Both the position numbers and the translations under genes were made by a program. A DNA stretch of 64,000 bases, taken from an uncultured archaeon. Its GTDB lineage: Archaea; Aenigmatarchaeota; Aenigmatarchaeia; PWEA01; JAGHBM01. The notes under the pieces are model-generated. The model had not been told where the DNA came from. It was given only the letters and a program-made list of their open reading frames with translations, and did no database searches. Within the stretch, counting starts at the first letter, position 1. The number at the start of each line of letters is the position of its first letter. The stretch is taken from contig CAZOZN010000001.1 of the NCBI GenBank assembly GCA_964584335.1, positions 293,351 to 357,350 on the forward strand, in the 5' to 3' direction. Positions 17,231 to 26,759 of this stretch are shown here, piece after piece.

Positions 17231-17392
17231 ATGAACGTGGAAGAAGGTACTCTTTGTGAAGTTTGCGGTAATAAAGGAAAAGTAAAGATAGGCAGAAAGA
17301 GGGTTAAGGAAGTTAAGCTGGATCCAAACTGTGATTATGAAGAAGGTGATACAGTCAAAATACTAATGGGTCTTGTTCTTCATAAAGTCTGA
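17231..17392 (+). CDS. 53-aa small protein, weakly HypC/HupF-like (below the ORF-track cutoff)
   Basis: Own translation: MNVEEGTLCEVCGNKGKVKIGRKRVKEVKLDPNCDYEEGDTVKILMGLVLHKV. Divergent from the maturation protease. The G..V...G....V..G..R.V.L....GD.V pattern recalls HypC but lacks the N-terminal Cys2. Confidence 0.35.
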   Translation: MNVEEGTLCEVCGNKGKVKIGRKRVKEVKLDPNCDYEEGDTVKILMGLVLHKV

Positions 17393-17436
17393 CATTTGTC
17401 GGCTTTGATGCTTTTTGATTTTTAAGGTGACTGCAA

Positions 17437-17838
17437 ATGAGTATAAACAAGAAATTATTAAGATATTCTTACCCCTGCGCAGAAATATTGTACAAGACAG
17501 GTAAACTAGAAAAGGATGAACTGGAACTGTACAGGGATGCTATAAAGGGAGGTAAGGAATTTCCCGTTGAAAAATATAAAGATAAATTCAGCAAGGTCTC
17601 GGAGTTTATTGACCCGGAAAATACAAGCGATGATAAAGTTGTCGAATATTTCTTTGGAAAACACAACAGAGAAAAGCACGAATTTTGTCACGTTGTAAAA
17701 AGTAAAGTAGCCAAGGAAGAAGGTGAAAATGTTTTTCTGAGCTCAATTGAAGAGCCCGTAGAATACATTACTGAAAAACCAAAGAAAGGTGATGTTGTTG
17801 TTCTCCATTTGGGTAAAATAGTAGATATAATTAAATAA
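17437..17838 (+). CDS. hypothetical protein (133 aa)
   Basis: AAGGTGA SD upstream and a clean ORF. No motif recognised. Confidence 0.5.
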   Translation: MSINKKLLRYSYPCAEILYKTGKLEKDELELYRDAIKGGKEFPVEKYKDKFSKVSEFIDPENTSDDKVVEYFFGKHNREKHEFCHVVKSKVAKEEGENVFLSSIEEPVEYITEKPKKGDVVVLHLGKIVDIIK

Positions 17839-17893
17839 TCGACAAAAACCGATATAATCTTTAAATAGTGATAATTGGCATCTTTCTATTTAG

Positions 17894-18178
17894 GTGAAAA
17901 AAATGGTAGTAGAATCTATGCTATACTTAGGGATAGCATGTATGTTAGTTCCAGTGTTTGCGGAATATGCAAAAATAAGAAAAAACGCAGAAAAAGCATT
18001 CAACTGGATAGCTGTTGCAGGAGTTTCTTTTATACTCTCAGCGGCTTTTGGGATAGCTTTATGGACAACATATATACCGCAACTAGCAACCTACGGAGCA
18101 ATGGTATTTCAATTTGTTGGTTGGATTTTTGTTCTAGTCGGTGCACTATTGGCCATAACAACCATGATTAAGAAATAA
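17894..18178 (+). CDS. small membrane protein (3 predicted TM)
   Basis: AGGTGA SD upstream and three hydrophobic segments. Confidence 0.5.
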   Translation: MKKMVVESMLYLGIACMLVPVFAEYAKIRKNAEKAFNWIAVAGVSFILSAAFGIALWTTYIPQLATYGAMVFQFVGWIFVLVGALLAITTMIKK

Positions 18179-18218
18179 AATCCCAATTCTTTTTTATTTT
18201 ATAAGATAAATAATAATT

Positions 18219-19334
18219 ATGAACCATTTATTCAGTTTTTTCAAGAACCTGGAAAAAGTAGATATGGATATGAAAAAAATTTTTGCTTTTATGGTTGCAT
18301 TCTCTTTGATGAACTTACTTTTACAGACCACTTTTTATGGTCTTAAATTTACCAGTTTTTTCCTGGTTAAATTAGCCAACTCACTTACTTTCTATCTTTA
18401 TATGTTCTTTGTTACATTTCTCATGATATCTTTCTTTGCAAGAGAAGAGATGAAAATGTCTTTAAAGGTTACTTGTGTTATGTTTTCTTTCTTGATATCT
18501 TTTTCCTTTATAGATTTTTTTCTGTTTGGTGGTGTCTCATACAACTTTTTCAGATTAGAAATGTTTTTTGACAATTTGTTTACATTCTACGGCTACGGTA
18601 GCAGGATAGGAATAGGAGGACTGTTGCAATTATTTGTGCTGCCTGTCATTATAGGGTCTTTTACTTACTACAAAAGAAAGGATTTTCTGTTTTCGGTTTT
18701 TTCGGCGATGATTTTTTTCATTATCTTTAATTTTTCATTGACAGATGTAGCAGCAAGAACAATAGACCTGCTGGGCGGAATAAATTATTATTCGATGACA
18801 GGGAACCAGGCAATAATATGGTACATACAATCAAATATTTTATATTCATCTGTTTCACTTTTCCTTGCAGTTTTGATAGGATGGAGAATGAGAATATTTA
18901 AGAAAACCAAAATAAAGGACAACATAAATTCTGTAATAATAACATTTTCTCTTATACTTCTTGGCGGTCTCCTCTCAGAATCCTTCAACTTCACATTACT
19001 GTTTCCCGCCCTTCTTTCTGTTTTCTTTTCAATAGAATTTTCAATGCTATCGGATAGGTTATACAAAAGCAATACGAGAAAAAATATATTCTATCCCAAC
19101 AAAAAGAAATGGAAAGAAAATAAAATATTTGTTTTCACTACTTTATTTTATGCACTGCTTTTTGGTTTTATACTTAACCTAAGGGTTTTCTTTCTTGTAT
19201 TCTGTTTTCTATTGGCAAGTTATATTTACTCGATAAACGAGTACAGAGTAAAGAATCCTTATATTAAAGTATGGCTCATATTGGTATTGTTTTCAATGGC
19301 TTTTTCAATAGGTTATTTTTCACAGACTTTTTAA
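18219..19334 (+). CDS. polytopic integral membrane protein, unknown function
   Basis: About 10 hydrophobic segments, Phe/Leu-rich. Start uncertain (alternative is MDMKK at 18264). Confidence 0.55.
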   Translation: MNHLFSFFKNLEKVDMDMKKIFAFMVAFSLMNLLLQTTFYGLKFTSFFLVKLANSLTFYLYMFFVTFLMISFFAREEMKMSLKVTCVMFSFLISFSFIDFFLFGGVSYNFFRLEMFFDNLFTFYGYGSRIGIGGLLQLFVLPVIIGSFTYYKRKDFLFSVFSAMIFFIIFNFSLTDVAARTIDLLGGINYYSMTGNQAIIWYIQSNILYSSVSLFLAVLIGWRMRIFKKTKIKDNINSVIITFSLILLGGLLSESFNFTLLFPALLSVFFSIEFSMLSDRLYKSNTRKNIFYPNKKKWKENKIFVFTTLFYALLFGFILNLRVFFLVFCFLLASYIYSINEYRVKNPYIKVWLILVLFSMAFSIGYFSQTF

Positions 19335-19353
19335 TCCACCAAAATAAAGAAAA

Positions 19354-19542
19354 TTATTTTATTTTCATTTTAACTGTGGTTCTATTTATTTTACCACATT
19401 TCTTACAGAATATCTCAACAATCTGATTTCTTTCCTTTCCCCTCAGGTCACGTGCATTCAAAGTAGGTATTAGCATTTCTGTTCTGGTCTCGGTAGAACC
19501 ACACCTTTTGCAGCATCCCAAATCATCGAAAATTAGCATCAT
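19354..19542 (-). CDS. zinc-ribbon small protein
   Basis: CCKRCGS ... CKKCGK, two CxxC knuckles in 62 aa. Confidence 0.5.
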   Translation of the reverse strand: MMLIFDDLGCCKRCGSTETRTEMLIPTLNARDLRGKERNQIVEIFCKKCGKINRTTVKMKIK

Positions 19543-19652
19543 TTTTATTCCCCCACTGGTTAAACAGTGTTACAATTTTTGTTTTTTGATGTATTTAAAC
19601 ATTAAAAGCCCTTATAACGCTTGTATCATCTATTTTAAGCGATTTAATCTCT

Positions 19653-20798
19653 TCAAATAAAACCAACAAGGAAATTAGTTATTATAAGAGATAAAAATAT
19701 AGCGGCCAGTGCTCTGACTGCGAACCTTCTTTTTTTAGGGGCGAACCTCTCAAAAAGAGAGTCGACCATAAGACCGCCATCAAGGGGTTTTATGGGAAAT
19801 ATATTGACAAGACCCACGCCAAGGTTTATTATGAATATCCACTCAAACATCTCTATTATAAATTGCAATACGCCTTCAAATGATGTGTTTTTATATCTCT
19901 TACTTATAACGCGCCTGTCACCGACTCCTGAAATACCTATAAATCCTTTTTCCGAGTCGGTGGGGTTTTCTGCCAAAGTAATATTGTAAGAATCAGAAAT
20001 AGTTTCTATTAATACATTGTCTCCGGGTTTCCTATTCTCCATAAATTCGTTGAGTTCAGCGGCATTTCTTATTCTTTGCCCGTCTATCGAAACTATAACA
20101 CCGGTCATGTTTGATTCCTGCGCCGGGTAAGGCTCTTCGCCGAAGTAAGTGGAATTAGTATAACCTACGTAACCTACAGATTCGGTAAGAAAGGCTGGAG
20201 ATAAAACAAAAAACATAAACAGAGATACAAGACCAGCAACAATAAAATTCGAAAATGAACCTCCGGCATATATCCTTAGCTTGGTCTTCCAGTTAGCTTT
20301 CTTTAACTGTTTTTCATCAGGTTCGACAAAAGCACCGGGTATTATTGCTAGAAGCATTAGTCCCAGATTCTTTATTCTTATGTTTTCCGCTCTTGAAAGT
20401 ATTCCGTGCATTCCCTCATGTGGAAGAACAAGAGAAAAAACGCCTATTATGAAAAACCAGAAAGGTACTCCAACATAACCGTATCCTATTGTAGTATCTT
20501 GGGTTGGAAAAGGAATTACCAAAGATATTCCTGGTCCTCCCGTAGGAGCTCTTATGCTGCTAACAAGAAAATGCAAACCAAATACCATAGCAAAAAAACA
20601 GACAACAACTCCTATCGAACCGAATATTTTCCAGAATTTAGGAGAAGCTTTGGCTATATTATCGATGAATTTTCTTCCCTTCTTAGTCTTTCTCATTATC
20701 AATATTCCTTTTATCTCTATGTTTTTCCTGTCCCTGTAGAGCACTAAAGCAAAGAAAACCATGAAAACTAGAATAGAAAGGACATACAAATCCATCAA
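19653..20798 (-). CDS. site-2 protease (M50 family) with PDZ domain
   Basis: HEGMHG (HExxH) inside a TM segment. PDZ-like insert (GVIVSIDGQRIRNAAELNEFM..PGDNVLI). C-terminal LVNIFPIKPLDGG motif. Confidence 0.8.
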   Translation of the reverse strand: MMDLYVLSILVFMVFFALVLYRDRKNIEIKGILIMRKTKKGRKFIDNIAKASPKFWKIFGSIGVVVCFFAMVFGLHFLVSSIRAPTGGPGISLVIPFPTQDTTIGYGYVGVPFWFFIIGVFSLVLPHEGMHGILSRAENIRIKNLGLMLLAIIPGAFVEPDEKQLKKANWKTKLRIYAGGSFSNFIVAGLVSLFMFFVLSPAFLTESVGYVGYTNSTYFGEEPYPAQESNMTGVIVSIDGQRIRNAAELNEFMENRKPGDNVLIETISDSYNITLAENPTDSEKGFIGISGVGDRRVISKRYKNTSFEGVLQFIIEMFEWIFIINLGVGLVNIFPIKPLDGGLMVDSLFERFAPKKRRFAVRALAAIFLSLIITNFLVGFI

Positions 20799-20844
20799 AA
20801 CACCATGCCAAAGATTTATTAAAGTTTATATAAATAGTTAAATT

Positions 20845-22416
20845 ATGCATTGGTCTGACGGTGTAGCAAAAAGGATAATTGCAAATTGTGGTGAAAAAGA
20901 AGAATATGTAATAGAGGGTGGAATAGCTCCATCAGCAAGAAAACATATAGGAAGCTTTAGAGAAATAGTAACAGGCTTCTTCATTAAAAAGTCACTTGAA
21001 AAAATGGGGAAAAGGGTAAGATTTATTTATTCTTGGGATTCCTTTGACAGGCTAAAGAAAGTTTCAGCATCAATACCAAAAGACAAGAGAAAAGAACTGG
21101 AAAAATATATTGGAGTTCCGCAGGAACTTATACCTGACCCCTTTGGCTGTCATAATAACTATGCAGAACATTTCCAGGAGTTTGTAGAGAAAGAGGCAGA
21201 AGATATAGGTGTCAAGCCTGAATTTATCTACGAAGGAAAGGAATTTATGAATTGCACTTACTGGAAACTAATAAAAAAAGTCATGCAGGAAAAGGAAAAA
21301 ATAAGAAATATTCTAAACAAGTATCGTGATCATCCTATAGAAGAAGACTGGTGGCCTGTTAGCGTATACTGTGAAAAATGTAAAAACGGAGACAACACAA
21401 AAATACTAAATTACGACGGTGAAAGCACTATAAATTATGAGTGCGAATGTGGATATAAAGGAGAGATGGATTTCAGTAAAATTGGAATGGTAAAGCCTAC
21501 ATGGAGAGTTGATTGGGCAATGAGATGGGTTCATTATAAGGTGGACTTTGAACCTAGCGGAAAAGACCATATGGTGGCAGGCAGTTCTTACGAGACAAGC
21601 TCAGAAATAGTAAGGGAAGTTTTTGGCATAGAGCCTCCACTCGCAATAATGTATGAATTTGTAGGAAAGAAAGGAGACGAAGGAAAAATGTCAGCTTCTG
21701 TTGGTAATATAGTAACAGCAACAGACGTAATGGAAATATACCCCAATGAAATAATAAAATACTTCTTTGCTGGAACAAAACCGAAGAAACTGTTCAAGAT
21801 ACCATTTGACGAAGAAGTTCTGAAGGTTTATGAGGATTTTTACAAATGTGAAAGAATATATTTTGGAAAAGAAGACGTCAGTGAAAGAGACAAAGAACAC
21901 TGGAAGAGAGTATACGAACTTTCTGTTGAAGAAAAAACAAAAGAAATTCCGGTTCAAATACCTTTTTCATTAATTTCATTAATAGCACAGCTTTATGATA
22001 ATATCAATGAGATAGAGAATGTTTTAAAAGATATGGGCCATATAGAAAAAGAGCTTTCTGAATATGATAAAAAAAGAATAGAAGTGCTTATGAAAAAATC
22101 CAAAAAATGGGTAAAGGATTACGCACCAAACAATTACCTGATAAAAGTCAACAAAGATTTACCGGAAAGCCTAGAAATAAAAGAAGAACAAAAGGAAGGA
22201 CTAATCAAATTAAAAAAAGAGCTTGATAAAGATTTGAATGCAGAGGATTTACAAAAAAGAATTTATGAAATAGGAAAAGAGATGGGAGACGTTGGAGGAT
22301 TCTTCAAGGCAATCTATAAAGTTCTTATAGGAAAGAAAGCAGGTCCGAAAGCAGGGCCTTTTATAATAACCATAGGAAAAGACAAGGTAAGGAAAATTCT
22401 TGAGCAGTTAGAATAA
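20845..22416 (+). CDS. lysK: lysyl-tRNA synthetase, class I
   Basis: MHWSDGVA N-terminus, PSARKHIGSFRE (HIGH-like), zinc-knuckle CEKC..CECG, KMSASVGN (KMSKS-like). Confidence 0.9.
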   Translation: MHWSDGVAKRIIANCGEKEEYVIEGGIAPSARKHIGSFREIVTGFFIKKSLEKMGKRVRFIYSWDSFDRLKKVSASIPKDKRKELEKYIGVPQELIPDPFGCHNNYAEHFQEFVEKEAEDIGVKPEFIYEGKEFMNCTYWKLIKKVMQEKEKIRNILNKYRDHPIEEDWWPVSVYCEKCKNGDNTKILNYDGESTINYECECGYKGEMDFSKIGMVKPTWRVDWAMRWVHYKVDFEPSGKDHMVAGSSYETSSEIVREVFGIEPPLAIMYEFVGKKGDEGKMSASVGNIVTATDVMEIYPNEIIKYFFAGTKPKKLFKIPFDEEVLKVYEDFYKCERIYFGKEDVSERDKEHWKRVYELSVEEKTKEIPVQIPFSLISLIAQLYDNINEIENVLKDMGHIEKELSEYDKKRIEVLMKKSKKWVKDYAPNNYLIKVNKDLPESLEIKEEQKEGLIKLKKELDKDLNAEDLQKRIYEIGKEMGDVGGFFKAIYKVLIGKKAGPKAGPFIITIGKDKVRKILEQLE

Positions 22417-23859
22417 GGAGTTTGTCATTATCTTCGGTTTCTTTATTTTCATCAATTTCAGCACAGTTGGTGCTATGTTTGACAGGCCGCATTTTTCTTT
22501 CAGTTTCTTTCCTTTCAGTTCCCCGTCAACTATTACAAAGGGCACTTTGTTTAGAGTGTGCGCAGTATTGAAATCAGTGCCCTTCCTCATGTCTTCAAAA
22601 TTGCCATGGTCTGCCGTTATAATGACAGTATATTCTTTCGCGACCTCAACTATTCTACCAAGACAAAAGTCAACTACCTCAGCAGCTTTTTTTGCTGCTT
22701 TTATTACGCCTGTGTGGCCGACCATGTCGCCGTTTGCAAAATTCAGGAGTATAAACCCGTAATCCTTTTTTATTTCTTTAAGCAGGGCTTCCGTAACACC
22801 GTATGCACTCATTTCTGGCTTGAAATCGTATGTGGGTACCTTGGGGGAAGGTATTATAATCCTTCTCTCTTTTCTAAAGGGTTTTTCTCTTTGACCGCTA
22901 AAGAAATAAGTCACATGAGGACCCTTTTCACTCTCCGATATCCTTAACTGTCTCAATCCTTTTTTGCTAACCGTTTCTCCAAGAGAATTTTTTACAAAAT
23001 CTGGCTCGAAAAGCACCTTTGTTCTTAATGATTTTGAATACTGTGTCATTGTAACAATGTTTTTTGTTTTTTTCAATAACATCTTTATAATCTGCCTCAT
23101 CCTGTCAGGCCTGAAATTAAACGAAAAAACAAAGTCATCTTTTTTAAGTCCCTCATAACCTTTCATGACAACAGGCTTTACAAATTCATCATTTTTGCCC
23201 TCCTTATAGGAACCCTTAAGTGCCTTTATCGGGTCTTCGTATTTCTTTCCCTTGGCCTTTACTATTGCATCGTAAGCCCTTCCAGTTCTGTGCCAGCGCA
23301 GGTCACGGTCCATGGAATAATATCTACCGGAAACGGTAGCTATGCTGCCGACAGTTCCATTAATCCTCTTCTTCAGCAAATTCAAATATTTGGAAGCGCT
23401 TTTCGGGGGCGTGTCTCTTCCATCCAGAAAACAGTGTATTTTAACATCCTTGATTCCCATTTTTTCTGCCTTCTTCAGAAAGAAAAAAAGATGTTTTATA
23501 TCCGAGTGAACACCGGCATCTGATAGAAGTCCCATGACATGAAGAGTTTTTCCTTTGGCGCACTTAGAAAAATATTTTTTCATTTTGCCCTCAAAAACAC
23601 CATTTTCAATACTTTCGTTTATCTGAGTTAGTTTTTGTTTTACTATTCTGCCCGCTCCGATATGCAGATGACCGACCTCACTTCCTCCGAGAGTATTCTT
23701 TGGAAGGCCCACTGCTTCCCCCGATGCCTTGAGGGTGGTGTGGGGGAAGTTTTTCCAAAAATAATCAAAATTCGGCGTCTTTGCAAGTTTAACGGCATTT
23801 CCTTTTCTTTCTCTTCTTATTCCCCAGCCATCTAGAATTATGAGCAAGACTTTCTTCAT
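22408..23859 (-). CDS. gpmI: 2,3-bisphosphoglycerate-independent phosphoglycerate mutase (bacterial-type iPGM)
   Basis: MKKVLLIILDGWG, GGSEVGHLHIGAGR, DGRDTPP, ANGDMVGHTG, TADHGN. An alternative GTG start lies at 23877. Confidence 0.9.
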   Translation of the reverse strand: MKKVLLIILDGWGIRRERKGNAVKLAKTPNFDYFWKNFPHTTLKASGEAVGLPKNTLGGSEVGHLHIGAGRIVKQKLTQINESIENGVFEGKMKKYFSKCAKGKTLHVMGLLSDAGVHSDIKHLFFFLKKAEKMGIKDVKIHCFLDGRDTPPKSASKYLNLLKKRINGTVGSIATVSGRYYSMDRDLRWHRTGRAYDAIVKAKGKKYEDPIKALKGSYKEGKNDEFVKPVVMKGYEGLKKDDFVFSFNFRPDRMRQIIKMLLKKTKNIVTMTQYSKSLRTKVLFEPDFVKNSLGETVSKKGLRQLRISESEKGPHVTYFFSGQREKPFRKERRIIIPSPKVPTYDFKPEMSAYGVTEALLKEIKKDYGFILLNFANGDMVGHTGVIKAAKKAAEVVDFCLGRIVEVAKEYTVIITADHGNFEDMRKGTDFNTAHTLNKVPFVIVDGELKGKKLKEKCGLSNIAPTVLKLMKIKKPKIMTNSLF

Positions 23860-23924
23860 GATAATTTTTTGTCGCACTTAAATAAAAAATTCATACTTAA
23901 ATAATTAAAATTTAAAGAATAGCC

Positions 23925-24290
23925 ATGATTGGGAAATACGAAGAAAAGATTTTGTCAATAATAGATAAAGACAGAAACGGAGAAAAATTAAGTTTTTATT
24001 CCTCTTTGGTGGACCTTTTTGAAGAAGCAGAGAAAGACGGTATACTTATATTCGGATTCAAATATGATGGTAAAAAAGAAACAGACTTAGAAGATATGAG
24101 AAAGGACGCTTACAAAGAAATGTCCGATTTTTACCTTAGAGATGCTTTCAGGGGGATGTATAGTGACATTCCAAAGAAAGAAGTGGGTGACTGTTTTAAA
24201 AAAGGTGTAAAGTACGCTGAAAAAGCAGGAGAAAAAGACAAAAGAAAGGTAAAAGCTGCAAAAAAGATAATGAGTTATTATACAGATTAA
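23925..24290 (+). CDS. hypothetical protein (121 aa)
   Basis: Clean ORF with no motif recognised. Convergent 4-nt overlap with glnA. Confidence 0.5.
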   Translation: MIGKYEEKILSIIDKDRNGEKLSFYSSLVDLFEEAEKDGILIFGFKYDGKKETDLEDMRKDAYKEMSDFYLRDAFRGMYSDIPKKEVGDCFKKGVKYAEKAGEKDKRKVKAAKKIMSYYTD

Positions 24291-25651
24291 AGTCTGGGAA
24301 GATTGTGTTTTAATTCGTAGGGGCTCACTTTTCTCAGATAATCTTTGTAATTGTTGAGCTCTTTCTTTCTGTTTTGTATAAAACTTTTGTAAGCGTGATT
24401 GCCCAGAGTTTCTTTCACAAGACTTCCCTCTTCCGTAAACTTTAGTGACTCATCCAGGCTACTTGGCAGGCTTTCTATACCCAGTCTCTTTTTCTTTTTA
24501 TCAGACATCTTGTAAACATCCTCGTTTACTGGAGCAGGGAGTTCATAATCATTTTTTATCCCATCAACACCAGCAGCAAGAGAGACGGCAAGAGCAAGGT
24601 ATATGTTGCATGCGGGGTCGGGATTTCTCTGCTCGATTCTGGTCGAGTTTCCCTTTCCGTTGGGTACTCTAAAAAGAGTAGACCTGTTCCTGAATGCCCA
24701 AACATTTTCTGTCGGAGCCTCAAAACCCGGCTGAAGCCTTTTGTAAGAATTGACATATTGGTTTGTAACGGACGTTATCTGGTGTACGTTATGTATTAAT
24801 CCGGACAAATATTTTTTTGCGGTTTCAGAAAGAATAAAATCACTGCCTTCATCGTAAAAAAGATTTTCTTTGCCTTTCCACAAAGACTGGTTAAGATGCA
24901 TACCGTTTCCATTTTCTGTATCCAATGGCTTAGGCATAAAAGAAGCATGTATTCCCATGTAGTTTGCTGTTTTCTTTACTGTGTCCTTTAAAATCATTAT
25001 ATTGTCAGCGGTTTCTATGGCATTACCATACTTCAAATCTATCTCATGCTGGCTTTTAGCAACTTCGTGATGGTCATATTCACACTCAATTCCCATTTCA
25101 TCAAGAGAAAGCATAACGTTCTTTCTTAACACCTCATTGGGGTCGTCCATTGCACCAAAGTACCCGTCTCTGTCCAGAGGTTTGTTTGTCTTGTTATCAG
25201 GAAATAAGAAGAATTCAGGCTCCGGTCCCACTTTAAAGCTGTCTGCACAAACATCCTTAAGATTTCTTAAAGTTTTCTGTAGTATATACCTGGAATCTCC
25301 CTCGTTTGGCGTTCCGTCAACATTGTAAATATTGCATATGGCCATCCCGACGCTGTAATCCTTGCCCTTGTATGAGTACTTTCTCGGGGATACTCTGAAT
25401 GTTTTGGGGTCTGGTTTGGCTATAAGGTCGCTCTCCTCAATTTTTTCCCTGTTCAAGCCTTCTATAGAAGAGCCGTCTATACCACTTCCGTTAGAAAAAA
25501 CATCATCCAATACAGAAGCAGGCCTGCTAAAAAATTTGAAATCGCCAATAATATCGGTAAAATACATATTAACGAATTTTACATCATTTTCGTTTACGCA
25601 GTCCAGTATTTGGCTGGAATTTTCAAATCCCCATTTCTTCAAAAAACACAC
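24287..25651 (-). CDS. glnA: glutamine synthetase, type I
   Basis: FTDIIG beta-grasp, GPEPEFFLF, HHEVAKSQHEIDL, FMPKP...NGNGMH, NSYKRL, RVP....R.E.R.PDP motifs. Confidence 0.9.
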   Translation of the reverse strand: MCFLKKWGFENSSQILDCVNENDVKFVNMYFTDIIGDFKFFSRPASVLDDVFSNGSGIDGSSIEGLNREKIEESDLIAKPDPKTFRVSPRKYSYKGKDYSVGMAICNIYNVDGTPNEGDSRYILQKTLRNLKDVCADSFKVGPEPEFFLFPDNKTNKPLDRDGYFGAMDDPNEVLRKNVMLSLDEMGIECEYDHHEVAKSQHEIDLKYGNAIETADNIMILKDTVKKTANYMGIHASFMPKPLDTENGNGMHLNQSLWKGKENLFYDEGSDFILSETAKKYLSGLIHNVHQITSVTNQYVNSYKRLQPGFEAPTENVWAFRNRSTLFRVPNGKGNSTRIEQRNPDPACNIYLALAVSLAAGVDGIKNDYELPAPVNEDVYKMSDKKKKRLGIESLPSSLDESLKFTEEGSLVKETLGNHAYKSFIQNRKKELNNYKDYLRKVSPYELKHNLPRL

Positions 25652-25754
25652 CCAATGAAAGATAATTAAAAAACTAAACTATAAATAAGTCAAAAAATCA
25701 CCAAATTCAAGGCTTTATTTAAAAAGAAAGGCAAAATTTTAAATAGGTGACATA

Positions 25755-25762
25755 TTTAAATA
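25755..25762 (+). promoter_or_regulatory. TATA-box-like element upstream of rpl7ae
   Basis: tttaaata 46 nt upstream of the ATG. AGGGGTGA SD lies in the predicted ~20-nt leader. Confidence 0.3.
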
Positions 25763-25807
25763 CACTTAGTCTAATTAAAAAGACTTAAAAAATAGGGGTG
25801 AAGAAGA

Positions 25808-26323
25808 ATGGAAATATCCGATGAGCTCAATAATAAGATTTTGGAAGCTGTAGAAGCAGCAAGAGCGACAGGTTATATTAGAAAAGGTACTAATGAAGCT
25901 ACCAAAGCGGTAGAGAGAGGAGCAGCAGAGCTGGTTGTAATAGCAAAAGATGTTGATCCGCCGGAAATTGTAATGCATTTGCCTCCGCTTTGTGAAGAGA
26001 AAAATATACCTTGTGTTTATACTAAAAGCAAAGATGACCTTGGTAGGGCTGCTGGTATTGATGTAAGATGTGCTGCTATAGCCATAGCAAAATCTGGAGA
26101 AGCAAAAAAGATAATAGAAGAAATAACAGGCAAAGGAAAGAAAGAAGAAACAAAAGAGAAAAAAGAAGCCAAGAAAGAGAAGCCAAAAAAAGAAGAAAAG
26201 AAAGAGCCTAAAAAAGAGGAAAAAGAAAAAAAGACTGAAAAGAAGAAAGAAGAAAAGAAACCAGCGAAGAAAGAAGAAACCAAGGAAGAAAAAAAGAAAG
26301 AAAATACTTCTGAAGCTAAATGA
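25808..26323 (+). CDS. rpl7ae: ribosomal protein L7Ae (C/D and H/ACA kink-turn binder) with ~60-aa Lys/Glu-rich C-terminal tail
   Basis: [43 protein letters not shown] core. The tail starts after ..IEEITGK. Confidence 0.9.
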   Translation: MEISDELNNKILEAVEAARATGYIRKGTNEATKAVERGAAELVVIAKDVDPPEIVMHLPPLCEEKNIPCVYTKSKDDLGRAAGIDVRCAAIAIAKSGEAKKIIEEITGKGKKEETKEKKEAKKEKPKKEEKKEPKKEEKEKKTEKKKEEKKPAKKEETKEEKKKENTSEAK

Positions 26324-26335
26324 TAGGTGAATTAG

Positions 26336-26575
26336 ATGGCAAGAAAGAAAGCCAAAGTTAGTCATAAGAGTGAATTTGAAGATGCAGTTTCCGCTGAAAT
26401 AGTAAAAGTTATAAGAAGAGGCGGTGTTAAGGGAGTTACTGCAGTCAGATGTAAGGTTCTTGACGGAAGAGACAAGGGGAAAATACTACAAAGAAACGTT
26501 ATGGGGCCGGTTAGAAAAGGAGACGTGTTAATGTTAAGAGAGACAGAAATGGAAAGCTCCGGAAGCTTCGGGTGA
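26336..26575 (+). CDS. rps28e: ribosomal protein S28e
   Basis: [52 protein letters not shown], the typical S28e OB-fold sequence. Confidence 0.9.
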   Translation: MARKKAKVSHKSEFEDAVSAEIVKVIRRGGVKGVTAVRCKVLDGRDKGKILQRNVMGPVRKGDVLMLRETEMESSGSFG

Positions 26576-26579
26576 TTAA

Positions 26580-26759
26580 ATGAAATGTACATACTGCGGA
26601 AACAATATACCTGAAGAGAAGACGAGGCTTTTCGTTAAGAAAGACGGCAAAGTTTTATCTTTCTGTTCTACAAAATGCGAAAAAAGTTTTATGATGAAAA
26701 GAGACCCAAGGAAAAAGCAGTGGACAAGGACAAGCAGGAAATTGAGGGGCAAAGAATGA
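26580..26759 (+). CDS. rpl24e: ribosomal protein L24e (59 aa, below the ORF-track cutoff)
   Basis: Own translation: MKCTYCGNNIPEEKTRLFVKKDGKVLSFCSTKCEKSFMMKRDPRKKQWT..., the L24e zinc-finger pattern. Stop overlaps the adk start (ATGA). Confidence 0.85.
   Translation: MKCTYCGNNIPEEKTRLFVKKDGKVLSFCSTKCEKSFMMKRDPRKKQWTRTSRKLRGKE

Noticed and set aside
25775-26365. 196-aa minus-strand ORF (Phe/Leu/Ser-rich) antisense to rpl7ae, and the 26017-26283 minus ORF
   Set aside because: It is the reverse complement of the purine-rich (AAG/GAA) tail and core of a clearly recognisable L7Ae gene. Low-complexity FFFLF sequence, no SD, so an artefact.
26675-26755. 5' extension of the adk track ORF (MRKKFYDEKRPKEK...)
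   Set aside because: This stretch is the 3' half of rpl24e read in another frame. The P-loop N-terminus MKSKIVLLGPPGSGKG starts at 26756 with an ATGA overlap.
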